Origin: Clostridiaceae bacterium
GTDB lineage: Bacteria > Bacillota > Clostridia > CAYPLH01 > DUMO01
Reading direction: 5' to 3'
Assembly (NCBI GenBank): GCA_012839865.1
Contig: DUMO01000051.1
Location: forward strand, 62,001 to 126,000
DNA length: 64,000 nt
Position 1 is the first letter of the stretch, and each line of letters begins with the position of its first letter. Positions 39,264 to 49,963 of this stretch are shown here, in pieces. A program made the position numbers and the translations under genes. The notes under the pieces were generated by a model, which was not told the DNA's origin, made no database searches, and saw nothing but the letters and a program-made list of their open reading frames with translations.

Positions 39264-42200
39264 ATGTTTAAAAAAGTAGTTTATTCTTCACCTATGTTGA
39301 TACTGCTGGCAGTTGTTTTCATATTTACTGCTTATTTTGGAGTTCCGGCTTTTAAAGCGGCAGCCGCTCCGACACATCCCTTTCTTATTGTACAGGTATC
39401 CGAATATACAGAGCTTCAAAACCGTGCACAAAGACAGCCCTGGTCTTCCATGAGATCCTCTGCTATTTCGGATGCAAACAGCCTTACCTTTAATACCGGT
39501 TCAGGTTATACTCAAAGGTGCGAGCGCATGAGAGAAATAATGGAATCCTGCGCATTGGCATATATTCTTGATCCGGCTAACAGGACAACATATAAAAATA
39601 AAATATTGAGCACCTTAAATTATTGGAAATCAAATGTTACAGGAAATCTATACAGTGAATTAAATGGTGGAAACTGGACCTATGCAGTTCCTCCCGGAAG
39701 CGCATTTTTCGCAAGCGTAGTCGCCCTTGATATAATATATCCGGATCTTACCTCCAATGAGCGGACAAATGCAGAAAGCATACTGGGAACCGTCGGGAAA
39801 TGGTTTTATGACAATCACATGAACTGGACCGAAGCCATGTGGGGTGCCCGCGGCATCTGGATGCTCTATACAGGTGCAACCTCCATAAGCGTATATGATA
39901 ATTCCCAGGGCAAACACGTTACCGTAACCAAGCAGGACGTAATAAACAGATATCTGAACGCTGTAAAAAGCTATATAACAAATGACGGTGTAGGTCTTAT
40001 AGGTCCCGGATATACAGGTGCACGATTTGCCTCTGACAGGCATCAAAAGCAGTATTTCATGGATGTCCTGGATTACACAGAAAACGCCAATGTTTATGAT
40101 GACTCTAAAATTAAAAGTTTTTATGAATGGTTTTACGGTTATGCTTCAACTGCTTTCAAACGGTACTGGGTATTTGGAGACTCCCCGTATAACAATTCTT
40201 ATGTATTGAGGTCATCAATCTGGAAAACAGACAACTTCTCAAATAATGCCGGAAAATATGCTGCCTGGGCTTTGGGAAGCTACATTGCTCCAGGACGGTT
40301 GTTCAATTATGTTCTTCACCGTTCAGACTTCCCGACGGCTGAAAGAGCTGAAAGCAAAATATTCCCCGAGGGTGGAGCATATTTGTTTGAAGATACTTCT
40401 TCATCCAATGCTCTGGACCTTGTTTTATGGAATACCACAGACGATGACGGACACGGACATAAAGATACAAATGCTATCAATGTTGCCGCATATGGAGAAC
40501 TTCTGCTTGTCAACTCAGGATATAACGGTTGGGCAACAAGTGCTGCAGGGTTCTCATGGACATATATTCATGACAGGGCGGTGTCAGGGAATACTGCTTT
40601 AATCAACTACACTTTCTCTGATGACTACAACCCTCCTGCAACCAATGACCATCAGCGCAAGTATGGAGCAGGCATAACCGAAGGGTTTGCATCAAGCACC
40701 TTTGGGTATGCTTCCGGAGATTCCGGCAGTGCGCTTCCAAACGGGAAACACATCCGAAATGTTGTTTCAGTGTTCCCGCAAGATTCAAAAAATGGATATT
40801 GGGTATTGTTTGATGAGATGACAGCAAATGTTCCGGGACAAACGGCACATATTGCACTGCACCCGCCGTCTGCATCATATTCCACTGTAACCAGCAAACA
40901 GGAATACAGATGGACTGTCAATAAATTCAGCAGTCATAATGTTTACCTGTCAATTTTCCTGGGAACCGAGCCTTCAACTGCCATCATAAGGAATGGGGCA
41001 ATTGCTGACTGGGGCGACTCATTTGTCGGTAAATATCTATATTCAACCTATACCACAAATAGCTCCACAGGCAAAAAGAATATTGTTACGGTATTGTTCC
41101 CCCATGACAATACCCATGCCAAGGCCACAATGTCAAGAATATCACAAAGCAATTGCACCGGTGCTTCCATTAATCTTGACGGCGGTACTACCATCGACTA
41201 TGCCCTGGAATCTGCAGGCACCGGGGATGTCACATATGGCGGCGTGACATTCAGAGGTCTTGCAACCCTTTACCGCAAAGCAAACGGTGCTGTTAATTTC
41301 TACTTTGTCAGAAAGGGCAGAGCTTTCAATGATGGCGAAACAATACGTCAGGGCTTCAGTTCAAACAGTGATATAACTGTTTATGTAAAGGATAAAACAG
41401 GTAATATTGTTTCTCCGGGAACTAATGTAACATTCTACTACCCGGGAATTCAGGGAGTAAAGATAAACGGAAATCCGTTGAGCGTTTCCTCCTCCGGTCA
41501 GAACTGGGTAACTGTCTATGTACCGGCAGGACAACATAGCCTGGAACTTACAACAGACGGCTCCAGCGGCGGTGGTGATCCGTCAGAAAATTATGTAAAT
41601 TTTGGTACTGCAAATCAGGGTACAGGTATAAATCAATACACCTACTCAAACGGCACTCCCATGACTCTTTATGGAAAACCGACAACCAACTGGGCTGTCA
41701 GTTCCGGCAGCAGTTTGTATAATGACAGGGGAGCAACAAATGCTTATGCACTGTTCAAATACGAAGGAAACCAGATAAGGTTGTACACCGAGAAAGCACC
41801 TTACTGCGGTATTATTGGCATAAGCATACTGGATGAGGATGATAACGTAATTGAAGATGAAGAGTATGTTGACCTTTATGCAGCCACTGCAGTGCAAAAT
41901 GAGCTGGTATATACAAGCAGCATACTGCCCGAAGATGTATATAAGCTTAAAATAAGGGTTACGGGCGAGGTTAACCCGCTCAATCCATACGTGTATGATG
42001 GAAACAATCCGCCAACCAATCCTTACTGGTCGGTAAACCTGTATAGTGTCTGCATTGTAGACACTGCGGAACCTACACCTCCTCCTGAACCAGTAAGAAC
42101 ATATTACGACTTTGGTGCTGAAAACCAAGGTTCCGGGGTAAATCAGTATACTTATTCCAACGGCACTCCAATGACATTGTATGGCAAGCCTACAACCAAC

Positions 42201-43148
42201 TGGGCTGTAAGTTCAGGCAGAAGCCTGTACAACGACAGGGGAGCTACTGATGCTTATGCTGTGTTCAAATTTGAAGGAAATCAGATTGAATTGTACACCG
42301 AAAAAGCTCCTTTCTGCGGAATTGTAGGCATTAGCATACTGGACGCAAATGATGCTGTTGTTGAGAGCGAGGTAAATGTTGATTTGTATGCTGCTTCCTC
42401 AACACCTGAAGCACTGGTATATACAAGTCCTCTGTTGGCAGATGGCGTTTACAAGCTCAAGGTAAGGGTTACCGGAGATGTGAATCCCCTTAATCCGTAT
42501 GTTTACGATGGACAAAATCCTCCGACAAACCCATACTGGTCAGTCAACCTGAAGAAGGTTTGCGTTGTAGATACATTCGGAGCCGCACCGACACCTACAC
42601 CGACACCGACGCCTACACCGACGCCGACTCCCACACCTACACCTGCTGTTTTCACCCCTCAGCATGATTCCTTTGTGAGAGACGGCAGTTATGCCGGTGA
42701 CAACTATGGCAACTATAATTCAATCTATGTTAAGAAGGATGCAGAAGGATACAACAGGGTGTCATATATCAAGGTTGATTTTGGCTCACTGTCGCAGTCG
42801 CAGATCACACAAGCCATGCTGAGATTATACGTCAGTGCGATAGGTTCAGATGCTACACGGACTGTAAAAGTATATGGGACTAATGATGAGAGTTGGACCG
42901 AAAGCACCATAACCTGGAATAACAGGCCTGCTCTGTCAACATACATTACTGAGCTGGCGATCCCGTCTTCAGCCCTTGACACCTGGGTTGAATTTGATGT
43001 GACAAATTACGTGAATCAACATGCAGGAACTGATAAGGTTGTATCCTTTGGCCTTATTAACGAAGGAACAGCATCATCGAATTCCCATGTACATTTTTCA
43101 AGCTCAGAGGCTGCATCAAACAAACCTGAACTGGTAATTCAACCGTAA
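39264..43148 (+). CDS. Secreted multidomain polysaccharide lyase-like protein: heparinase II/III-like module, 2 repeated beta modules, PT linker, DNRLRE/CBM96-like domain
   Basis: Signal peptide ending AAA; DGHGHKDTNAINVAAYGELLLVNSGY (heparinase II/III-type motif); duplicated ~160-aa module; (PT)n; HDSFVRDG...NYG...RVSYIKVDF...AMLRLY...WTESTITWNN.P. Confidence 0.75.
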   Translation: MFKKVVYSSPMLILLAVVFIFTAYFGVPAFKAAAAPTHPFLIVQVSEYTELQNRAQRQPWSSMRSSAISDANSLTFNTGSGYTQRCERMREIMESCALAYILDPANRTTYKNKILSTLNYWKSNVTGNLYSELNGGNWTYAVPPGSAFFASVVALDIIYPDLTSNERTNAESILGTVGKWFYDNHMNWTEAMWGARGIWMLYTGATSISVYDNSQGKHVTVTKQDVINRYLNAVKSYITNDGVGLIGPGYTGARFASDRHQKQYFMDVLDYTENANVYDDSKIKSFYEWFYGYASTAFKRYWVFGDSPYNNSYVLRSSIWKTDNFSNNAGKYAAWALGSYIAPGRLFNYVLHRSDFPTAERAESKIFPEGGAYLFEDTSSSNALDLVLWNTTDDDGHGHKDTNAINVAAYGELLLVNSGYNGWATSAAGFSWTYIHDRAVSGNTALINYTFSDDYNPPATNDHQRKYGAGITEGFASSTFGYASGDSGSALPNGKHIRNVVSVFPQDSKNGYWVLFDEMTANVPGQTAHIALHPPSASYSTVTSKQEYRWTVNKFSSHNVYLSIFLGTEPSTAIIRNGAIADWGDSFVGKYLYSTYTTNSSTGKKNIVTVLFPHDNTHAKATMSRISQSNCTGASINLDGGTTIDYALESAGTGDVTYGGVTFRGLATLYRKANGAVNFYFVRKGRAFNDGETIRQGFSSNSDITVYVKDKTGNIVSPGTNVTFYYPGIQGVKINGNPLSVSSSGQNWVTVYVPAGQHSLELTTDGSSGGGDPSENYVNFGTANQGTGINQYTYSNGTPMTLYGKPTTNWAVSSGSSLYNDRGATNAYALFKYEGNQIRLYTEKAPYCGIIGISILDEDDNVIEDEEYVDLYAATAVQNELVYTSSILPEDVYKLKIRVTGEVNPLNPYVYDGNNPPTNPYWSVNLYSVCIVDTAEPTPPPEPVRTYYDFGAENQGSGVNQYTYSNGTPMTLYGKPTTNWAVSSGRSLYNDRGATDAYAVFKFEGNQIELYTEKAPFCGIVGISILDANDAVVESEVNVDLYAASSTPEALVYTSPLLADGVYKLKVRVTGDVNPLNPYVYDGQNPPTNPYWSVNLKKVCVVDTFGAAPTPTPTPTPTPTPTPTPTPAVFTPQHDSFVRDGSYAGDNYGNYNSIYVKKDAEGYNRVSYIKVDFGSLSQSQITQAMLRLYVSAIGSDATRTVKVYGTNDESWTESTITWNNRPALSTYITELAIPSSALDTWVEFDVTNYVNQHAGTDKVVSFGLINEGTASSNSHVHFSSSEAASNKPELVIQP

Positions 43149-43163
43149 CCTGTCAAATTTCAC

Positions 43164-43193
43164 AGCCTGCACGACTTTTTAGTTGTGCAGGCT
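43164..43193 (+). terminator. Hairpin after the first lyase gene (terminator or stabiliser)
   Basis: AGCCTGCAC...GTGCAGGCT; weak T-tract. Confidence 0.5.
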
Positions 43194-43458
43194 ATGATAC
43201 GGTTTTAAAGGCTGATTATGAAAAAAGGGAGGAGGTGAAGGTTTTTAAGGCAATAAATACAAATAAGAGGGGAGTGGTTGCAAAAATTTATGTAATTGTA
43301 ATTGGCGGCAAGTATCATGCATAGGTTATACAGAGAGTATGTGCAAAGGACTTGTCTTTCAGTCTGTTATTGACCCTTCAGCTCTTTTGAAAACAGGCAA
43401 TAATTGCACAAAAACAACAAGAAATTTTAACTTACATTAAAACAGGAGGATGAACCGG

Positions 43459-46400
43459 ATGAGAAAAAAACATTCAAAACTTCAATGGCTTTAATTTTAT
43501 CTTTTGTTATTGCTGCTGCGGCTCTGTTCGGTATTCCGGCGCCAAAGAGTGAAGCAGCTTCGCACCCGTTTCTGATTGTAAACGCTTCTGAGTTTGAGGA
43601 ACTAAGGAGCCGTGCATCAGAAGAGCCATGGGCAACATTTAAAAGAACTGCAATTTCCGATGCAAAAACTCTTACTTTCAACAAAGCTGCCGGCTATGGT
43701 GACAGATGCACTTCCATGAGAGAGATTTTAGAAGCTTGCTCTCTTGCATATATTCTTGATCCTGACAATAAGGATTTATACATTGACAAGATTCTGGATG
43801 TACTTAATTACTGGAAATCCGATGTTGAAGGAAACATATTTAAAGAGCTGGACTCAACCAACTGGACCTATGCAATACCTCCCAGCGGTGCATTTTTCAG
43901 CAGTGTACTTGCCTTGGATATCATATATCCCGATCTGACGCCCGAAGAAATTGCAAATGCCGAGGCTATACTGCAAACCGTGGCTGACTGGTACTGGGCA
44001 TATGATTTCAGCTGGGCAACCGCTTTATGGGGTGTCAGGGGTATTTGGGCTATTTATAAAAATGATACTGACAAGATTGACACGACAATAAGTAATTACA
44101 ATACTTATGTAAAGATTTACATGTCATCTGATGGAGTACCGGTTACAGGCATGGGGTATGCAAATGCCAGATTCAACTCCGACAGACATGCCAAGCAGTA
44201 TTTAATGGACGTTATTTCCCATGTGGGGTATTATGACTATTACAACGATTACGTAGTAAAGAATTTCTATGAGTGCCTGTACGGTCACGGAATAACTGCA
44301 TTTAAACGCATGTGGGTATTTGGCGATACAGCTTTCAACAATACAATGTACCGCAGGTCATCCATTTACAAGGCAGGCAATTTTTCCGAAGAAGCAGCCA
44401 AATATGCAGCCTGGATACTGGAAGATTACAGCATACCAAACGGCCGCCTTTTAAACTATATACTTCATAAGCCGAATCAACCTTCAGGGGGATATGCTAC
44501 AAGCAAGATTTATCCGGACGGCGGTGCCTTCTTCTTTGAGGATACACCTTCACCAGATGGGCTCAGAATAGTTTTGTGGAATCCAAAGACCTCCGACGGC
44601 CACAGCCACAAGGAAGTAAACGCGTTAAACGCAGCGGCATATGGAGAATTCATGCTGGTTAACTCAGGTTACAACAACTGGGGTGAGGGAGCACTGGGAT
44701 TTAGCTGGAACTACATGAATAACAGGGCTGTTTCAGGAAATACAGCACTGATAGATTATACATTCACCAACGAGTATGATCCTCCTGCAAGCAACGACCA
44801 CAGATACAAACACGGAGCAGGCATAACCGAAGGATTTATTTCTGATATCCTAAGTTATGCAAGGGGGGATTCAGGCAGTGCACTTCCAAATGGAAAGCAT
44901 ATAAGAAATCTGGTTTCAATTTCACCCGATAACGCAAATAACGGTTATTGGATACTTTTTGACGAATTTACAGCAGATCAGCCTGGAAAGACAGTGCATA
45001 TCGCGCTTCATCCGCCCACAGACAGGTATGAAATAGTATATCCGGACAAGGAATACAAATGGACAATCAACAAGGTCAGCGGAAAAGATGTAAACTTAAC
45101 CGCATTCCTTGGAACCGAGCCTCTGTATACTCAAATCAGGAGCGGGGTAATAGGCAGCTATGGAAACTCCTTTGTTGGAAAATACCTGTATTCCACTTAT
45201 CCTACAGACAGTACAGGGAAGAAAAATGTTGTAACGGTACTGTTCCCCCACGACGCAAATCATAAAAAAGCTGACATGATCAGCATTTCAGGCAGCAACT
45301 ACAGTGGCGCTCTAGTATATTTGAATGATAATACTTTGGATTATGTAATGGAATCAACGGGAGTCGAGACAGTAAGTTATAATAATTTTTCATTTACAGG
45401 TACTGCTCTGGTATATCGAAATGAAAAGGGATTATCCAAACTTTACTTTGTCAAGGATGGTAAAGGTTTTGATGACGGAACCTCCTTTAAGCAGGGTTTT
45501 GCTTCGGATAATGCCGTAACTGTATATATGAATGATAAAGAAGGTAAAATTATTTCAAAGGGAGCCAATGTTACATTCTATTATCCCGGAATATCAGGAA
45601 TAAAGATTAACGGCCAGGCTGCGACACCTCAAGCGGCAGGCAGCAACTTTGTGACTGTTTATATTCCTGCGGGCACATATGATATAAGCTTGCAAAACGG
45701 CACTATGACACCCGGTGTACCGGCAATTGACATGTTGTTCTCCAACGGAAAAATTTCTCTTAGTGGAAATGCCAAAATATATGGCAATATCGGAACCAAC
45801 TCAGTTGGAAAGGACAGCGTTTCATTTAACGGAAATCCGTCAATTCAGGGCAATCTCCTTATCGGTCCGGGAGCTGACCCGAATACTGTAATTGAAGGAG
45901 CAGGCAACAAGACATTTGTAACAGGCTCTGTATCCAATTTAACACAAACTAAAGCTTATAGTATGCCTGGATTTGCCAAACTACCGGAACTTGAATACAA
46001 AGGAGATTTAATTGTCAATTCTGATTCCGCCCTGGATCAAAGCGGTTCCTATGGCAAAGTGGCCATTAAGAAGACACTTGCTGTTAATATAGGAAATGAA
46101 GACATCTATATTGCAGCAGACTCTTTTGAACTGTCGGGACAGGGTGAACTGGTTGTCAATAAACAAGGATCCGGCAAACTGATTCTGTTTGTTAAAGACA
46201 GTGCAAATATTTCAGGAGCCGGTATCAACAAGGATGGCAATCCGGATGATGTAATAATTTATTACAATGGAAGCAAGGACCTTGAGTTCAGTGGAAGCTT
46301 TAAATTATCAGCTTCTCTGGCTGCAGGAAATGCCGCTATGAAAGCAAGCGGCAACGTAAGCCTGGCAGGCAGCATGGTAATAGGAGGACCTGCCGTTGAA

Positions 46401-48317
46401 TTGAGCGGCGGCAGCAAAATTGACACAGGAATTCTTTATGCACCTTACGCAGCACTGTCACTTGAAGGAAACAGCAGTATTGCAGGTTGTGTAATCGCCA
46501 ATTCCATAAGTCTTTCAGGAAATCCCAAAATTTCGCAGAAAGATACAATAGACATTAGTTTCCTGAATGAGTTTGATTGGGGTCTTCTGCCATTGCCGAC
46601 ACCAATTCCTACACCTATACCTCCTACACCTACACCATCGCCTACACCCATTCCGTCACCTACTCCGACCCCTTCGCCTGTGCCTGATCCGTCGCCGACT
46701 CCGCTGCCCGGAGAAACCATTGAATACATCAATTTCGGCAGAACAAATCAGGGAACCGGCATTAACCAGTTTACGTTTAATAACGGAACTCCAATGACCC
46801 TGTACGGAAAAGGAACACTCAACTGGACAATAAGCGGAGGCAATACCGTATACACCGACAGGGGAGCTACAGATGCATATGTATTATTCACCTTTGATGG
46901 CACCAAGATACATCTGTTTGCTGAGAAGGCTCCATTCAGCGGTATTGCAGCCATAAGTATTCTTGATGAAAATGATAATATTGTTTATGATGAAGTGCTT
47001 GTAGATTTCTATTCGGATCCCGCCAAGAAAGATACTCTTGTTTACACAAGCCCTGAGCTTGATAGAGGTATATATAAACTTAAAGTAAGAGTTACCGGGG
47101 AAGTCAATCCGCTTAACAAGTATGTTAATGACGGAAATGACCCGCCAACTTCTCCGTATTGGTCAATCAACCTGTATAAAGTCGGAGTTGTGACAAAATC
47201 TGAAGCTACACCTCCGCCGACACCAACACCCACACCTGTGCCGGCAGAAGTATATTTTGATTTTGGTACTCCAAACCAGGGAGAAGGCATTAATAAATAT
47301 ACTTATTTCAATGGCACTCCGACCACCTTATACGGAAAAGGAACTTTAAACTGGACGGTCAGCAGCTCCAAATCAATATACAGTGACAGGGGAGCACCTG
47401 ACGCATATGTATTGTTCACCTTCCAGGGCAAGAAAATTGACCTATATGCTCAAAATGCCCCCTTTAGCGGTATTGTGGCAATCAGCATATTGGATCAGGA
47501 CAACAATGTAATAGTTCCCGAACAGAATGTTGATTTATACGCCGCGGCAAACACATTAGATGTTCTGGTTTATGAAAGCCCTGAACTGCCAGGCGGAATT
47601 TATAAACTTAAAGTCCGTGTAACAGGTGAGGTAAATCCTCTGAATGCATATGTAAATGATGGAAACGATCCTCCGGTAAACCCATACTGGTCTGTAAACC
47701 TTCAGAAGGTATGTGTTTATACCGCTCCCGAACCGACTCCGGAGCCTACACCTACTCCTACACCGACTCCGACACCAACTTCTGAACCTACACCTACTCC
47801 GGATGGTATAGTGTTCGGCACCAATCACGATTCATTTGTAAGAGACGGTGAAAGCTATGCTGATGCTAACTATGGCAACTACAATTCCGTGTATGTAAAG
47901 AAAGATGCACCCGGTTATAACCGCAAGGCGTATATCAAATTTGATTTCAGCGCACTTGCAGCAGCCGAGGTTGCAAGTGCAAAACTGAGATTGTATGTTG
48001 TCAATATCGGAACCGATGAAAACCGCAATGTAAGGCTATACGGGAATGAGGATACCAGCTGGCTTGAAAATACCATCACATGGAACAACGCTCCCGAACC
48101 GACCACTTTCATATGTGAAGTGCCGGTACCGGCTTCCGCCCTTAACACATGGGTTGAATTTGATGTAACGGATTATATAAATTCACAGCTGCCGGATAAA
48201 AAGGTTGTTTCCTTTGAACTTGTAATTGAGGATGTCCAGTCAAGTCAATGCCATGTATTTTTCGCAAGCTCGGAGGCTGAAGAAGGTTTAAGACCACAAT
48301 TGATAATCAAGCCTTAA
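43459..48317 (+). CDS. Paralogous secreted lyase-like protein with an extra beta-helix-like insert; SD-linked start frameshifted at an A7 tract
   Basis: Same lyase module (DGHSHKEVNALNAAAYGEFMLVNSGY), G/N/S/I-rich insert at about 45720-46570, P/T linkers, two repeated modules, DNRLRE-like C-terminus. Long ORF from ATG 43485; SD-linked ATG 43459 is 26 nt upstream, so out of frame. Confidence 0.75.
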
Positions 48318-48384
48318 GCAGCACATATTCCCCGGCAAGCTTGCCTGGAGCCTGTTAAGGCTCCAGGTACAGCATATTATAATA

Positions 48385-48426
48385 AAAACAGGAGGTTGAT
48401 CATTATTTGACTGGCCTCCTGTTTTT
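48385..48426. terminator. Bidirectional terminator
   Basis: AAAAACAGGAGG...CCTCCTGTTTTT between convergent genes. Confidence 0.75.
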
Positions 48427-48514
48427 ATGTTTAACCAGAGAGGCTGCCTTTATGGTAAAAAAACCTTGCTGACAGCCACCTGTTCATCACTACATGTTGG
48501 TTTTAAGCTATATT

Positions 48515-49153
48515 TTACATTACCTGGCTGACTTTTATGGATTGTACAACATTATCCTTTACGGTTACGAAAAATAAATCATATCCCCTGGGTGAATAAA
48601 TCCACACACCTTCTCCAGTAATATCTGCCGGCTTTCCATAATACTTTTCTATTTCCGAAGCGGAATCGCCAACTTTCAAACCCCGGGGAGTGGGGTGGCT
48701 GGAAGAGGCAACTGTTATGGAATAAACTTTCCCCTCCACAAGATGTATATATGTTCCATCATCATAGGTCAGGTATTCTGATTTAATACCATAAGTGGTT
48801 TCTTCCTCGCTTTTTATCAATGTTGCTTCCATTGCTTCCTCGACTTCTTCTTTGGTCTGGTTTACTTTCAACTTGCCAAGGGCAAGATCTTCGTCAAGAA
48901 CAAAAGGCTTTGGTTCTGAAACTTCAGATTTTGCTCCGTCTTCAGAAGATTTTGAACCGTTGTTTTCAAGCTCATTGCTTTTATTACCGGTTTCATTGCC
49001 GCCGTCGTTTTCAGATGAACCGGGGTCGGTGGCATCAATGCCGCTGTTTATGCCCGTATCATCTCCATTGATGTATTTAGTTTCTTTCAAGGCGCATCCT
49101 GCCAATGAAAAACATATCAAGCTTATTAGTATAATTTTAAAAATCCTGTGCAT
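48515..49153 (-). CDS. Hypothetical lipoprotein
   Basis: MHRIFK...LAG-C lipobox; S/N/E/G-rich linker; C-terminal TPRGLKVGDS..EIEKYYG; GGAGG SD before ATG 49153. Confidence 0.8.
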   Translation of the reverse strand: MHRIFKIILISLICFSLAGCALKETKYINGDDTGINSGIDATDPGSSENDGGNETGNKSNELENNGSKSSEDGAKSEVSEPKPFVLDEDLALGKLKVNQTKEEVEEAMEATLIKSEEETTYGIKSEYLTYDDGTYIHLVEGKVYSITVASSSHPTPRGLKVGDSASEIEKYYGKPADITGEGVWIYSPRGYDLFFVTVKDNVVQSIKVSQVM

Positions 49154-49311
49154 GTATAATTCCTCCAATAAATAAATCTAATTATATTTGCATCAATAAT
49201 AGACGAATAACAATATAATAAAGTTTCCTGGTACATTTTAGTGTATTTTGTGTGATTATTGCTATTCAGACTTAAAATTTCACAAAGAATCAACTTTAAT
49301 GATAAAAAAAC

Positions 49312-49346
49312 TTGACACCGGAGTGTATTATGCATATAATACACTC
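49312..49346 (+). promoter_or_regulatory. Sigma-A promoter overlapped by a palindromic operator
   Basis: TTGACA-N17-TATAAT; GAGTGTATTA-N6-TAATACACTC covers the -10 element. Confidence 0.8.
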
Positions 49347-49364
49347 AAGAGGTGATATCAGAAA

Positions 49365-49742
49365 GTGATTGATTTTTCCAATGTGGCGTTAAACATCAGG
49401 GAACCTGTGTATATTCAGTTGGTGTTGCATGTTAAGAAGCAAATTGCAAAAGGGACTGCTTCTTCAGGAGATAGCCTTCCGTCAAGAAGAGAGCTTGCTG
49501 CCATGTTGGAAATTAATCCAAACACCGTCCAAAAAGCCTATAGGCTTATGGAGCAGGAAGGTTTCGTTGTAACCGAGGGAAATACGGGAAGTGTATTGAA
49601 TTTTGACAGCCATACTTTGAATTTAATCAGGGAAGAATTGACAAAGGGTATGGTCCGGGATTTTATAAGCAATGCCAAGGAGCTTAATTTATCTTTCAAG
49701 CAAACCATTGACCTGGTGAGTGATGTGTGGGATGAAGTGTAG
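49365..49742 (+). CDS. GntR family regulator, YtrA subfamily
   Basis: 125 aa; PVYIQL...LPSRRELA..LEINPNTVQKAY..MEQEG; followed by ABC genes. Confidence 0.93.
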   Translation: MIDFSNVALNIREPVYIQLVLHVKKQIAKGTASSGDSLPSRRELAAMLEINPNTVQKAYRLMEQEGFVVTEGNTGSVLNFDSHTLNLIREELTKGMVRDFISNAKELNLSFKQTIDLVSDVWDEV

Positions 49743-49835
49743 CTTGTGTGTCGGTTTTGGCTTCATATGATACAGGCTGATTTATGCATATGTATTTAGT
49801 ATAAAGGAAATCCAAGGTAATTTTTTTGCATGGCA

Positions 49836-49855
49836 TGTATTAGTACATTAATACA
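49836..49855. promoter_or_regulatory. Second copy of the YtrA-like operator
   Basis: TGTATTA-N6-TAATACA, same core as 49324-49343. Confidence 0.65.
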
Positions 49856-49963
49856 CAATGTCCATTAATGATAGACTGTATTTAGTAAAAACCGGGAGTC
49901 CAGAGATGTTGCTGTCCGTTCTGTACTATAAAAACGGCCGGTTTCCAGGGGAAGGGAAGGATT

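Noticed and set aside
42585..47800. CCGAC/CCTAC-type DNA tandem repeats
   Set aside because: They simply encode Pro/Thr linkers typical of clostridial carbohydrate-active enzymes.
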